From: a virus
DNA length: 64,000 nucleotides
Reading direction: 5' to 3' (one strand)
IMG/VR virus record: IMGVR_UViG_3300045988_165036
Span: 70,153 to 134,152 of that record
Both the position numbers and the translations under genes were made by a program. Each line of letters begins with the position of its first letter. Position 1 is the stretch's first letter. Positions 20,108-29,669 of the stretch are shown here, piece by piece. Under the pieces are notes generated by a model. The model had not been told where the DNA came from, did no database searches, and worked only from the letters and a program-made list of their open reading frames with translations.

Positions 20108-20207
20108 AGATTCACGAAATGTCTTACGGATACGAAGACTATCGTGATACCATCGTGAAATCATAGAAAGCTGTGATTGCTTCGAAGCGGAAGAAGACGG
20201 CGAATCT

Positions 20208-20558
20208 TTGATTGTGTTTTGTAAAAACGCGGTATATTCATACGACGAAAGCGTTCATTATGAGATAGAAGAAGTTGATGTTGATGATGAGATGGAGGGC
20301 GGAAGAATGAAAGATCAAAAACACATTCCCGGCAAGCCGATGTATTCCGTTGGAGATCGGGTTTCTTTTCAAATGACCATTGATGAAAATATTGAAATCT
20401 TCGACGGAACTATCGAAATTGTCGATAGATTTGGCGCGTGGGATATTGACTACCCCAGCGAACCCTCATACGACATTTTGGTTTGTAACTGGCGTGGAAG
20501 CGGAGAGATAATGCTCGTCAAACATATTAGAGAATCGGTAATCACGAAAAAATATTAA
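20208..20558 (+). CDS. Hypothetical protein. Start is uncertain because the frame is open from 20148.
   Basis: ORF from the track. Confidence 0.45.
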   Translation: MIVFCKNAVYSYDESVHYEIEEVDVDDEMEGGRMKDQKHIPGKPMYSVGDRVSFQMTIDENIEIFDGTIEIVDRFGAWDIDYPSEPSYDILVCNWRGSGEIMLVKHIRESVITKKY

Positions 20559-20577
20559 ATTATTTTCCATAAACCTC

Positions 20578-20606
20578 TTGACAACCAAGGTGTCTTGTGA
20601 TATAAT
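20578..20606 (+). promoter_or_regulatory. sigmaA-type promoter TTGACA-17-TATAAT (copy of the one at 21692)
   Basis: The stretch CTTGACAACCAAGGTGTCTTGTGATATAATAATA is identical at both sites. Confidence 0.6.
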
Positions 20607-20634
20607 AATAGTGGAAACGAAAGGAGGAAATAAA

Positions 20635-20958
20635 ATGGTTTGTGAAATTTGTGGGAAAAATTTTGAGCACAAAATGTATTATAGAGAATATTCTAATTGT
20701 TGTTCTGGAAGATGTTTTACAAGAAAATTTTGGAACAATATTATGGAGGAAAAAGACGAACACGTTATTGTAGACGGAACTTGTTATGTGATTGCCAATA
20801 CTCCGACCAACGGATTTTGTGGATTCGGTGGTTGTCGGTTTAAAATTAAAATGTTTGATACTGGAGAAGTTATAGAAACCAATAATCTTTGGTGTCAAGG
20901 AAAAATTCCAGAAGAATATCGTGACCAGTTCCCCGATACAGCTCAATTCATCGTATAA
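20635..20958 (+). CDS. Hypothetical Cys-rich protein
   Basis: AAGGAGG RBS; CEICG..CCSGRC. Confidence 0.55.
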   Translation: MVCEICGKNFEHKMYYREYSNCCSGRCFTRKFWNNIMEEKDEHVIVDGTCYVIANTPTNGFCGFGGCRFKIKMFDTGEVIETNNLWCQGKIPEEYRDQFPDTAQFIV

Positions 20959-20976
20959 AATTAGAGGAAAATTTTT

Positions 20977-21260
20977 ATGAAAAAAGAATTATTAGAATTG
21001 TTGTTTCAGTCCTGCTTGTTATATCACTTTTCGTTTTCTGCGGATGTGCTTCTTGTGAAAGAAGCTTTAAAAGCTGCAATGCGGATATTTCCGGCGGTTT
21101 GCATCGTACGGTAAATGTTTATTCGTTAGATGGTAAACTATTGGCGACATACGATGGCAAAATTGATATCGACGATAATACAAACGGTTCTGTTATGTTC
21201 GATCTTGACGGGAAGCGTTATGTTTATTATCATGCAATTGTAGAAGTTATAGAGAAATAG
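20977..21260 (+). CDS. Putative lipoprotein, frameshifted at an A6 tract immediately after the ATG
   Basis: With A7 the reading is MKKRIIRIVVSVLLVISLFVFCGC..(signal peptide and lipobox) continuing to TAG 21258. As given, the ATG frame stops after 45 codons. Confidence 0.5.
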
Positions 21261-21296
21261 TTTGAAAGTTATCAACAAACAAAAGGTGAAAACAAA

Positions 21297-21665
21297 ATGA
21301 TTACCAAAGAACAAATTGAAAAGATTATCGAGGAGAGATATTCTGATTATCCAAAGCTTCTTGAAACAACAATTCAAAAGATGGATACGAAATTTAAAAC
21401 AAGAGCGGCTCTTTACGGTGAAAGAAAGATTGAATATACTATCAACAATCCAGGCCCGGTCGTAGACCGTCTTTGCGGAGACCTCGCAAATTATTATACT
21501 ATGCTTGGGTTTTTCGGAGGTATTGATGTGAACGAAGCCGGAAATATCGTTGTTACACTGTCCATAGATCCTCCTGCAGAATCGGTTTCAACAGGTTCCG
21601 CAGATGCACCTCTGGTGCCAGCTGATACAGACGCTCCCGCAGAAATCCTGGAAGAAAATAAGTAA
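21297..21665 (+). CDS. Hypothetical protein
   Basis: ORF with a GGTGA RBS. Confidence 0.55.
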   Translation: MITKEQIEKIIEERYSDYPKLLETTIQKMDTKFKTRAALYGERKIEYTINNPGPVVDRLCGDLANYYTMLGFFGGIDVNEAGNIVVTLSIDPPAESVSTGSADAPLVPADTDAPAEILEENK

Positions 21666-21691
21666 AGCCATAAAGAAATTTACTAAAACCC

Positions 21692-21720
21692 CTTGACAAC
21701 CAAGGTGTCTTGTGATATAA
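21692..21720 (+). promoter_or_regulatory. sigmaA-type promoter TTGACA-17-TATAAT
   Basis: Duplicate of the 20578 promoter. Confidence 0.6.
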
Positions 21721-21768
21721 TAATATCAGAAGGAAGAGTCCTTCAAAATATTTTTGAGAGGAAAAATT

Positions 21769-21981
21769 ATGAGAAAGTTCTTTCAGAAGGTTTCCAAATT
21801 TACAAAGAGGTTTTGTCTGCCGATTTCGACAATTGCTATCGCAATCGTTGGTGGAATTTGCGGCTTCTTCTTCGACTCCGCTCTATTCGGGATTAATCCT
21901 GTATTTGCGGCATCGACCGAAGCGCTTCTTCTGGCAATGATTTACGTTGCACTGGAGACAAAAGGACAGAAACTCAATTAA
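21769..21981 (+). CDS. Small membrane protein
   Basis: Two hydrophobic segments; RBS GAGAGG. Confidence 0.5.
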   Translation: MRKFFQKVSKFTKRFCLPISTIAIAIVGGICGFFFDSALFGINPVFAASTEALLLAMIYVALETKGQKLN

Positions 21982-22001
21982 TCTTAAAGGAAGGTGACTT
22001 A

Positions 22002-22640
22002 TTGTTGGAAAATTTAGGTATTGTTATTCCCAAAAATGTGGAGAATCTTCAGCTCCCCGACCCCGATCTTCTTCATCAGTATGAAGATGAGGAAGCGAGA
22101 AGAATTTATCTTGAGGGGACAATTGGTACTGAAGACGATCCAATGAACGACAACTCGATTGGAATTGTTAAAAGAATTCTACGGTATAATCGAGAGGATG
22201 GGGGACTTTCTATTGAGGAAAGAAAGCCGATTATGCTTTATATCGACAGTCCCGGAGGTGATGTAACAGGCGCCCTCGTGTTGTGTCACATCATTATGAT
22301 GTCGAAAACACCGATTTATACTGTAAATATGTGTGCGTGTTTCAGTGCTTCGGGAGTCATTCTTGCCTGTGGGCACAAGAGATATGCGCTAAAGGGCTCA
22401 TCTGTTCTGATTCACAGTGGTTCAACATACCTTGGCGGAACACGTGAACAGGCAGACTCGGCAAAGAAGTTCGTTGATAAATCAGATAAGAAGTTCAATG
22501 ACATTCTCTTCAAAAAGACAAAGATTGACCAGAAGACCTATCGCTCGAAAGCTCCGAAAGATTGGTTTCTCGATGATGAGGAATGTCTGAAGTACGGCGT
22601 TATTGACGAAATCGTCGAAGACATTGATTCAATTCTCTAA
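22002..22640 (+). CDS. clpP: ClpP-family (S14) serine protease
   Basis: IDSPGGDVTGAL, ..ASGVILACG.., size about 210 aa. Confidence 0.75.
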   Translation: MLENLGIVIPKNVENLQLPDPDLLHQYEDEEARRIYLEGTIGTEDDPMNDNSIGIVKRILRYNREDGGLSIEERKPIMLYIDSPGGDVTGALVLCHIIMMSKTPIYTVNMCACFSASGVILACGHKRYALKGSSVLIHSGSTYLGGTREQADSAKKFVDKSDKKFNDILFKKTKIDQKTYRSKAPKDWFLDDEECLKYGVIDEIVEDIDSIL

Positions 22641-22741
22641 TCTTTTATTCAAAATAACCAAAAAATAACCCTAAACCGCAAGGTTGAGGAGGACAGACTT
22701 TTCAAACAATCTGCTCGTCCTCCGTTTTGGAAAGGATCTAT

Positions 22742-24172
22742 ATGAGCAAAAAGTCTAAAAGTAAAATTAACATAAAATTCTGCGGCGGAAACTCTTGGGA
22801 TGTAACCGGTTCAATGATATATATCGAAACCCCAAATCGGAAAATTCTTCTGGAATGTGGCTTATGGCAATCGACCGGAAGCACTCTCGAGAATTGGAAA
22901 ATTAATTCGAGAAGGTTTGATTTTAAGCCAAATAAACTTGATTATGTGTTTTCCTGTGATAGACACGTAGATCACACCGGACTAATCCCACAACTGTACG
23001 CCTCTGGGGCAACCTGCCCGATTATCGCTCCTCGCGGTTCTAAACCAATCGCAGAAATCTTGATGAGAGATAGCGCAAGGATTATCGCAGGAGATGCCGC
23101 TTCGCTTTCAGATAAGCTTGGACGAGAGTATGTTCCATTCTATCTTGATTCCGATGTTGACACGGCACTCGGATATTGGACGGAGTATCATGATGAAATC
23201 GTTACGCTGGACGAATTCGTAAAATTCAGATTTGTTCCATCCGGACACATTCCGTTTGCAAGACAGCTTGAATTGTGGATTACGGAAGGAAATGTGACAA
23301 AGAAAATCGTCTATACTTCCGACCTCGGAAATATTCATTTGCCAAAACCTTATACGGAACCGTTCAAGTCAGTTTTTGGACAAAGAGCAGACATTGTTAT
23401 TGCCGAATCGACATATGCGCACGAAGAAAAAATCGCCAATAAAAAGATGCGCAAAAAAGACCTTGAAAAACTTCGGATGGTTGTTGAGCAGACCTGTGTA
23501 GAACAACAAAGGAGGATTCTGATTCCGAGTTTTGCACTGGCAAGGACCCAGGAAATCTTAACTGTTTTATACGACCTGTTTTCAAAAAAAGATTTCGACA
23601 TTCCGGTGTATATCGACTCTCCGATGGGGCAGAACATTAGCCGTGCATACTGTGATGTTCTAGAAGGGGAAGCTGCAGAAGAGTGGCGAGAGGTTCTTGC
23701 TTGGAAAAATATTCATTTTGTTGGAGATTATATCGAAAGCAGGGAACTTCGCGATTCCGGGAAACCATGTATTGTAATTGCTTCTTCCGGGTTTATGGTC
23801 GCCGGACGCTCCGTTGCTTGGTGTGCAAGCCTTCTTCCGAATACGGACGACAGAATCGTTACGATTGGTTATGCTCCTCCGGGTTCAATGGCATATACGA
23901 TCAAGCAAGGTGAGCAGAAAACGATTTCAATCTCCGGAAAGAGATACACAAACCGTTGTCAAATTACAAATCTTGGAAGTTTTTCCTCACACATTCAAAG
24001 AGACAGTATTGTTAAAGAATATGGGAAGATAAACGCCGAAAAGTTGTTTCTTGTTCACGGAGATATGGAGGGAAGAGTCTCGATAAAACCAGAGATTGAA
24101 AAGGAACTCTCAAATAACAACCTGTCAACAAAGGTTGTTATTGTGCAAAAAAATATGATTGTAAGCATATAG
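22742..24172 (+). CDS. Metallo-beta-lactamase / beta-CASP hydrolase (RNase J / CPSF-like)
   Basis: CDRHVDHTGLIP (HxHxDH-type), later SGH, ESTYA, and HGD near the C-terminus. Confidence 0.6.
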   Translation: MSKKSKSKINIKFCGGNSWDVTGSMIYIETPNRKILLECGLWQSTGSTLENWKINSRRFDFKPNKLDYVFSCDRHVDHTGLIPQLYASGATCPIIAPRGSKPIAEILMRDSARIIAGDAASLSDKLGREYVPFYLDSDVDTALGYWTEYHDEIVTLDEFVKFRFVPSGHIPFARQLELWITEGNVTKKIVYTSDLGNIHLPKPYTEPFKSVFGQRADIVIAESTYAHEEKIANKKMRKKDLEKLRMVVEQTCVEQQRRILIPSFALARTQEILTVLYDLFSKKDFDIPVYIDSPMGQNISRAYCDVLEGEAAEEWREVLAWKNIHFVGDYIESRELRDSGKPCIVIASSGFMVAGRSVAWCASLLPNTDDRIVTIGYAPPGSMAYTIKQGEQKTISISGKRYTNRCQITNLGSFSSHIQRDSIVKEYGKINAEKLFLVHGDMEGRVSIKPEIEKELSNNNLSTKVVIVQKNMIVSI

Positions 24173-24197
24173 GTTATTTTTGTATGGAATTGAGGTG

Positions 24198-24587
24198 ATG
24201 TTTTTGAATGTTCTCGCAACAAAGGTAAAATTGACCAACCATGCACGGCAACGCATTTATGAGCGGTTTGGAAACCTCTCCGATCGCGAGATTTCAGACC
24301 TTGTAAGAAATGCAAGACTAAAAGGGCACACGATAGCAACGATGGATCAAGACCATTACGAATATGGGCTATACAAGCGTATCTTTCGGCGCGAGAGTGG
24401 GTCTCGTATGGTCCGATTATACAAGGACGCATACTTCGTTTTTGTTAGCGGTAACAAGACTGCTGGGTGTAAACTGTTGGTGACGGTGATTTTGTATGAT
24501 CTGGACTGGCGAGATAAAAGAGAAGCCTCTTTCCGGAAAGGAGAAGAAAGGGTTGAGAAAGATGACGATGACAAATCTAACCAATAA
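24198..24587 (+). CDS. Hypothetical protein
   Basis: ORF from the track. Confidence 0.45.
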   Translation: MFLNVLATKVKLTNHARQRIYERFGNLSDREISDLVRNARLKGHTIATMDQDHYEYGLYKRIFRRESGSRMVRLYKDAYFVFVSGNKTAGCKLLVTVILYDLDWRDKREASFRKGEERVEKDDDDKSNQ

Positions 24588-24957
24588 CCCTCAATCGGTA
24601 TTGCCGGACAAAGTAATTCTGGACGTACCAACTTTGAAAACCGGAGAGGAATATTGGTATATTATGACCAATGATTTCGAGAGTTGTGTCATCGGTTACG
24701 GAAAGCTGGTCAATCAAATCAATCGTATTAAGAGTCTGATTACGACAAGAAGCGCCTACGATTCGCAATTTGAAAAAATCTTAGTTTTTGAAAACCAGTT
24801 CGAAAAAGTATACGTATATTCTATAAGTAGAGTATTTTCAGAACTCGAAACTTTAGTAAAAACTGTTCGTGGAACATATCGAACCATTAGTTTTTCTGTT
24901 TCTGCGGTCGTTAAAGTACAAGAGATGGGAACGGATATAGTTAGACTTTTCAATTAA
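24562..24957 (+). CDS. Hypothetical protein
   Basis: ORF from the track. Confidence 0.45.
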   Translation: MTMTNLTNNPQSVLPDKVILDVPTLKTGEEYWYIMTNDFESCVIGYGKLVNQINRIKSLITTRSAYDSQFEKILVFENQFEKVYVYSISRVFSELETLVKTVRGTYRTISFSVSAVVKVQEMGTDIVRLFN

Positions 24958-25026
24958 AACTACGTCAATGGAGAGGAAATTGCAAATTCATCCGCAATCC
25001 TAAAATTAAATATTGATTAAAAAACT

Positions 25027-25057
25027 AAAAAAGATCCGATTTTTCAGATCTTTTTTT
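25027..25057 (+). terminator. Intrinsic terminator, AAAAAGATC..GATCTTTTTTT
   Basis: Hairpin plus T-run directly upstream of the next promoter. Confidence 0.6.
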
Positions 25058-25065
25058 AAAAGGGC

Positions 25066-25094
25066 TTGACAAACGAATGGAAATATAGTATAAT
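25066..25094 (+). promoter_or_regulatory. sigmaA-type promoter TTGACA-17-TATAAT
   Basis: Read directly. Confidence 0.6.
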
Positions 25095-25123
25095 AGGATC
25101 AGAAAAGGAAGGGGCTGAAAACT

Positions 25124-26410
25124 ATGATTACCAAAACTTATATGATTCCAGAAGAGAATGTCGAAAATTTGGAGAAGAAGTTCAACGCTGCGGCTCGCAA
25201 GATTCGCAAGATCAATCCTGAACTCGAACCAACAATGGCAAAAAGCAATCATACAATTATTCTCATACGCAAAATTGAGTTTCATACTTGCGACTGCCGC
25301 TCCGAGACGGCTGTTAAAGAAGTTCCTTATGAAGCCCGCAGAATTGAGCTGAAAATCCCGGACGAGGCTGTCTTTGTAGAAAACAATTGGGCGTTCGGCG
25401 GTTCCGTAGAACCCAGTGGAGTGGAGGGGAAAAACTTCGTTAATGTTAATTTATCTGGCAAGAATCTAGGATTTGTTGTTCCGTCAAAATATTTCACATC
25501 CGATTCTTGCACTTGCGACTACTGCAAGACAAACCGCAAGCGCAATAAAACCTATCTCGTTGTCAATCAGGAAACAGGTGAGTGGAAACAGCTCGGCAAA
25601 GAGTGTTTGAAGCTCTTCGTAACCGGAATCGATGTCGACGCAATCGCGACCTTCGAGTCTTTCATCAAAGAAGCGGAAGATATGACGAATCCGTCTGATG
25701 GGTTCTTTTATGAAAGAAGGTTCAGATTTGTGAAGGTTACAGATGCTCTTGCTTTCGCGTGTGCGGTTTACCGCGAAAGAGGCTATCTTGCGACGAGAGA
25801 TTTCGATGGTAATTCCAACGATCTTTGTAACAAGAATATTGTTCAAAGAAAACTGTCGAGGCTGTATGGATATGATAGCGACTTTCTGAACATCACCAGT
25901 TCTGTTCGTTGTAAAATTGATGAGATTAACCTTAAAATCGATTCTGCAATTGCGAGAGAAGATGTAGAAGTTTCTGTCGAGATGGTCAGCCGCCTTCCCG
26001 ATGATGCTTACTATAACAACCTCAAAGTGATCGTTTCCAACGAATATATTCCTCTTAACAAGTTCGGCCTTCTCGTTTCGATTCCGAAGGCAATTGACAG
26101 ATACGAAGAAGAAAAGAAGAGACGAGAAGAAAAAGAGAGACTTGCCGCAGAGTCCAATTATCTCGGCAAGGTCGGAGAGAAGATTTCGGTGAATTTCGTC
26201 TCCGGTCGCGAGGTCGCCTGTTGCGAAACACAGTTCGGACTTCTTCACATTTATGAGTTCAAGGATGCGAACGGGAACGCAGTCGTTTGGAAGAGCAGTT
26301 CGAGTAAAGATATTCCCGGAAGTGGTACAGTAACTGGAACAGTAAAGGCGCACGAGGAATACAACGGAATTAAACAAACGATTATTTTGAGAGCTAAAAT
26401 TGCAGCATAA
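25124..26410 (+). CDS. Hypothetical protein (428 aa)
   Basis: Protein-like composition, with a promoter and RBS upstream. The 343-aa antisense ORF is rejected. Confidence 0.6.
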   Translation: MITKTYMIPEENVENLEKKFNAAARKIRKINPELEPTMAKSNHTIILIRKIEFHTCDCRSETAVKEVPYEARRIELKIPDEAVFVENNWAFGGSVEPSGVEGKNFVNVNLSGKNLGFVVPSKYFTSDSCTCDYCKTNRKRNKTYLVVNQETGEWKQLGKECLKLFVTGIDVDAIATFESFIKEAEDMTNPSDGFFYERRFRFVKVTDALAFACAVYRERGYLATRDFDGNSNDLCNKNIVQRKLSRLYGYDSDFLNITSSVRCKIDEINLKIDSAIAREDVEVSVEMVSRLPDDAYYNNLKVIVSNEYIPLNKFGLLVSIPKAIDRYEEEKKRREEKERLAAESNYLGKVGEKISVNFVSGREVACCETQFGLLHIYEFKDANGNAVVWKSSSSKDIPGSGTVTGTVKAHEEYNGIKQTIILRAKIAA

Positions 26411-26425
26411 AAGGAGAAAGGTATT

Positions 26426-26713
26426 ATGAAAAGTAAAAGAATCAGAGTTGGAGATTTGGTAAGTTATAATAAAATAACCAATTTCGGGCCAGGGAGGGTT
26501 GTAAAAATTATACAAATGAGAACAGATATTAATAATTTTAAATATCCGGTTGCTTCATTCTACGGGGTGGAGCTTCCGGAGCCATTCGCAGATGGGTGCT
26601 CTTGCGAATATAGCGGTAAATGTGGAGATTTAGTTTTAGGGATGAGCGGGCGTGAGGATGGATGTGTTTGGGCGTTATTTGAAGAACTGGAATTATTAAA
26701 AAATAAAGAATGA
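26426..26713 (+). CDS. Hypothetical protein
   Basis: AAGGAG RBS. Confidence 0.5.
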   Translation: MKSKRIRVGDLVSYNKITNFGPGRVVKIIQMRTDINNFKYPVASFYGVELPEPFADGCSCEYSGKCGDLVLGMSGREDGCVWALFEELELLKNKE

Positions 26714-26733
26714 TTAGAAAGGAAAATATAAAA

Positions 26734-27642
26734 ATGGGAATTATCATTGACGGAAAGGCAATTGCCGAGAAAGACAACGAAATTACGGCGGCTAGAATTC
26801 AGAACCTTATCAAAAACGGACACGCAAGACCGAAGCTCGTTGTGATTCAGGTGGGGAACGATCCGGCTTCTTCGACATATGTTCGCAACAAGAAAATCGC
26901 CTGCGAGAAAGTGGGAATTTTGTGCGAAGATATTCACATTGATGAAGAGAGAAATCCTGGTCTTACAGAAATGAGAATCGTTGGAGAAATCCAGAAAGCG
27001 AACAGAGATGACAACGTTAACGGAATTTTGGTTCAGCTTCCGCTTCCGAAGGGGGTTAATGAAGAGACCGTACCCTTTGGGTTCATTCCTTGTACACCGG
27101 CAGGAATCATTCATATGCTGGATTCAATCTCTGTTCCTCACGACATCAACTTCGCAGGAAAGAACGCGGTTGTCATTGGGCGGTCTAACATTGTTGGAAA
27201 GCCGGTTTCAATTCTGCTTCAAAGAATGAATATGAATGTTACAATGCTTCATTCAAAGACTTCCGATGAAGATAAAAAATTTTATTGCCGTCACGCAGAC
27301 GTAATTGTTGTGGCAACCGGGCACGAAAATACACTCACAGACAGACATTTTTACGGAGACAAGAAGCCGATTATTATTGATGTCGGCATTCATCGCGGAG
27401 AAGATGGAAAGCTCCACGGAGACGTTTCAGAAGAAGTAAAAGCGAAGTATTCAAGTTATTACAGTCCCGTTCCCGGGGGCGTTGGTCCTCTCACAGTATC
27501 AATGCTTCTGAGAAATGTCGCTATCGCGGCAGAAAGAAGCTATCTAATTTTCAATGACAACCCTCCCCCGATTGTCAGAATTCCCAATGAGACGATCAGG
27601 ACGTTGATTCCTGTAAAGCAGATTATTTGTAAAGATATCTGA
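26734..27642 (+). CDS. folD: Bifunctional methylene-THF dehydrogenase/cyclohydrolase
   Basis: IIDGKAIA, VIQVGNDPASSTYVRNK, VNGILVQLPLP, VVIGRSNIVGKP, PVPGGVGPLTVSML. Confidence 0.85.
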   Translation: MGIIIDGKAIAEKDNEITAARIQNLIKNGHARPKLVVIQVGNDPASSTYVRNKKIACEKVGILCEDIHIDEERNPGLTEMRIVGEIQKANRDDNVNGILVQLPLPKGVNEETVPFGFIPCTPAGIIHMLDSISVPHDINFAGKNAVVIGRSNIVGKPVSILLQRMNMNVTMLHSKTSDEDKKFYCRHADVIVVATGHENTLTDRHFYGDKKPIIIDVGIHRGEDGKLHGDVSEEVKAKYSSYYSPVPGGVGPLTVSMLLRNVAIAAERSYLIFNDNPPPIVRIPNETIRTLIPVKQIICKDI

Positions 27643-27655
27643 AGGAGACAAAACA

Positions 27656-28183
27656 ATGGAAGAAAATGTAAACAGTAATGTTATATCGTCCAAACCTACA
27701 GGACTTCTGAAAGAAATCATTAGTGAGATGGACTGTCGTGACAAAGTTCGCAAATATCTTGATTCGATGGAAATTCCAGATCGGTTCTTCGCCTGTATGT
27801 TCGGAGAGCTCGTAAAGATTTTCGGCACAGCGCTTTTCGAACCAAATCCATATTATTATGATTCAGAAGAACGGGAGAAGTTCGTAGAAGGCGGAGCTGC
27901 CAACAACAAACTGCCTTATCCAAAGGATTATTCATATCGCGCTCAAATAGATACCGAGCTCACATACGAGGGAGGAACGGGCGGATGGTATAACGCTTTT
28001 AAAACAACCTGCTGGATTCTCGATATGGAATGGTTGCTCAGAGCTTACGAACAATTGAGTTGGATGAATTCCGATTATTTCGATGAATGGGTCGGAGACA
28101 AAATTATTGAATATCTGTTCGAAAAAGACAATTACTGTGAAAGAGATTACGAAATCTTTCTCAAAGGGAAAGGAGTTATTTGA
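27656..28183 (+). CDS. Hypothetical protein
   Basis: ORF with RBS. Confidence 0.5.
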   Translation: MEENVNSNVISSKPTGLLKEIISEMDCRDKVRKYLDSMEIPDRFFACMFGELVKIFGTALFEPNPYYYDSEEREKFVEGGAANNKLPYPKDYSYRAQIDTELTYEGGTGGWYNAFKTTCWILDMEWLLRAYEQLSWMNSDYFDEWVGDKIIEYLFEKDNYCERDYEIFLKGKGVI

Positions 28184-28947
28184 TGGAAAAGAAAAAGAAT
28201 AAAGACAAAATCAGTTTCCGAGTAACTTCTGAATTTCTGAAAGCATACGACATTACCCTTGAAAAGGCAGCAAACTCTTTATATTACGAAAGCGACTTTC
28301 GCTGTCAATCATTTTATCCAATCGAGCATTCATTACCCTGTAACGACTGTCCTTTTCAACATTTGTCGGATTATTGTACCGATCCGTTTATTGAAGACGG
28401 AGCTGGCTATAAGCGTACCTTCGAGCAATGGCAAGATTGGTTTTATAAACTTACTGGAATTAAAGATAACCGATTAAAGGAGGCTTTTATGAAAAAGGAC
28501 GAAGAAGCAAAACAACCCAAGCAAGAAGCTCAAATCAACGCAGACAACACCGAAAAGGTTTCTTATCAAACCGCAAAAGAAATTGCTGGAAATTATACCC
28601 TTGGAAATATCGCAGATGTAGCACAAAATAATTTCAATCTATTCACCAAAGAATTGGAAGAGAAAGCAAACGCCAAATACGAAGTCGAATATACTACTCT
28701 CGACTCCGATGGGCCCAAAACACAATATGTCCGAAAGGTCAGTGATCTCCTTTCTCTTATCAAAGAGTGGAACAAAGAGGCAATTAAATGGAACTTGATC
28801 GCCAATGGAAATATCTCCAAAATCCCGACTAATTTCAAAGATATCTATATCAAAGTCTACGACCCCGAAGAAGGCGTTGCCCTCTTCCAAGACGAATACA
28901 CTCTCAAATCCAAAAGACTCAAGCTTGCTTGGACAAGAGACGACTAA
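28180..28947 (+). CDS. Hypothetical protein
   Basis: ATGA-type overlap. Confidence 0.5.
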   Translation: MMEKKKNKDKISFRVTSEFLKAYDITLEKAANSLYYESDFRCQSFYPIEHSLPCNDCPFQHLSDYCTDPFIEDGAGYKRTFEQWQDWFYKLTGIKDNRLKEAFMKKDEEAKQPKQEAQINADNTEKVSYQTAKEIAGNYTLGNIADVAQNNFNLFTKELEEKANAKYEVEYTTLDSDGPKTQYVRKVSDLLSLIKEWNKEAIKWNLIANGNISKIPTNFKDIYIKVYDPEEGVALFQDEYTLKSKRLKLAWTRDD

Positions 28948-28980
28948 CCCCTTTTCGGCCAATTAAACACCAATAATCAC

Positions 28981-29005
28981 AGGGCATCTTCGGGTGCCCT
29001 CTTCT
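28981..29005 (+). terminator. Hairpin AGGGCA..TGCCCT after the last + gene of the block
   Basis: 6-bp GC-rich stem; weak T-run. Confidence 0.4.
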
Positions 29006-29188
29006 CATATTACCCCATCCAATATTATCCTCCGGTCTTATATTTATCTGTCTCCATAGCCCTCAAAATCGATTCTATTGCCCATCCAATACCACAATTT
29101 TTATATCCACCAATTCGTACCATTATTCCCTTATCCTCCCTCCATTTTCCACCATTTCTCCCCACTTTTATCCATCCACCTCTTCCAT

Positions 29189-29218
29189 TGTGGAAAATGT
29201 GGAAAACCCTGTGGAAAA
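29189..29218 (+). repeat. Three direct TGTGGAAAA boxes (29189, 29198, 29210)
   Basis: Read directly. One mismatch from the DnaA-box complement TGTGGATAA. Confidence 0.8.
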
Positions 29219-29557
29219 CTTACTCAAAATACTCAATCACATTCAAATACTGTTTAATTATTGCTTAAATATCCAAGAAATACCCAGAAAACCCTCTCTA
29301 GACATCCTTTGTACACAAATCATCATACGATTGGGTGATCTTATTATGGGTTTTATTATAGTTTATAGTCAGAAGACCGTTGGATAGATTACTTTCAAGG
29401 ATCATATATATCTGGGGAACCAAGTTTCCCCAAACCCCTTCCTTTTGCCCGAAAAGACTCCGTCTTTTCTCCTCGTCCCCTCACTTCGTTCGGGTCGCCG
29501 TCAAACCGTTTTTCATTTATCGAACCTTACGGTTCTCAAATGAAGAAACCGTAAACG

Positions 29558-29566
29558 TGTGGATAA
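29558..29566 (+). promoter_or_regulatory. Perfect DnaA-box complement TGTGGATAA
   Basis: 9 of 9 match to the reverse complement of TTATCCACA. Confidence 0.5.
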
Positions 29567-29640
29567 TTTGTTTTTAAAGGAAAAGGAAAGGGCGATGTAT
29601 TTGTTATTGTAAATGTTTTGTTAATTATAGATTGAAGGGA

Positions 29641-29669
29641 TTGACAGGAAGTGGAAAGTATGATATAAT
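29641..29669 (+). promoter_or_regulatory. sigmaA-type promoter TTGACA-17-TATAAT
   Basis: Read directly. It is followed by an ORF-free leader of about 470 nt. Confidence 0.55.

Noticed and set aside
25484-26515. 343-aa minus-strand ORF
   Set aside because: It is fully antisense to the promoter- and RBS-equipped 25124-26410 gene. Its composition (F/I/L/R/S/C-rich, no motifs) looks like the shadow of the sense frame, and it is opposite to all neighbouring genes.
26560-27114. 184-aa minus-strand ORF
   Set aside because: It is antisense to folD, which is unambiguous.
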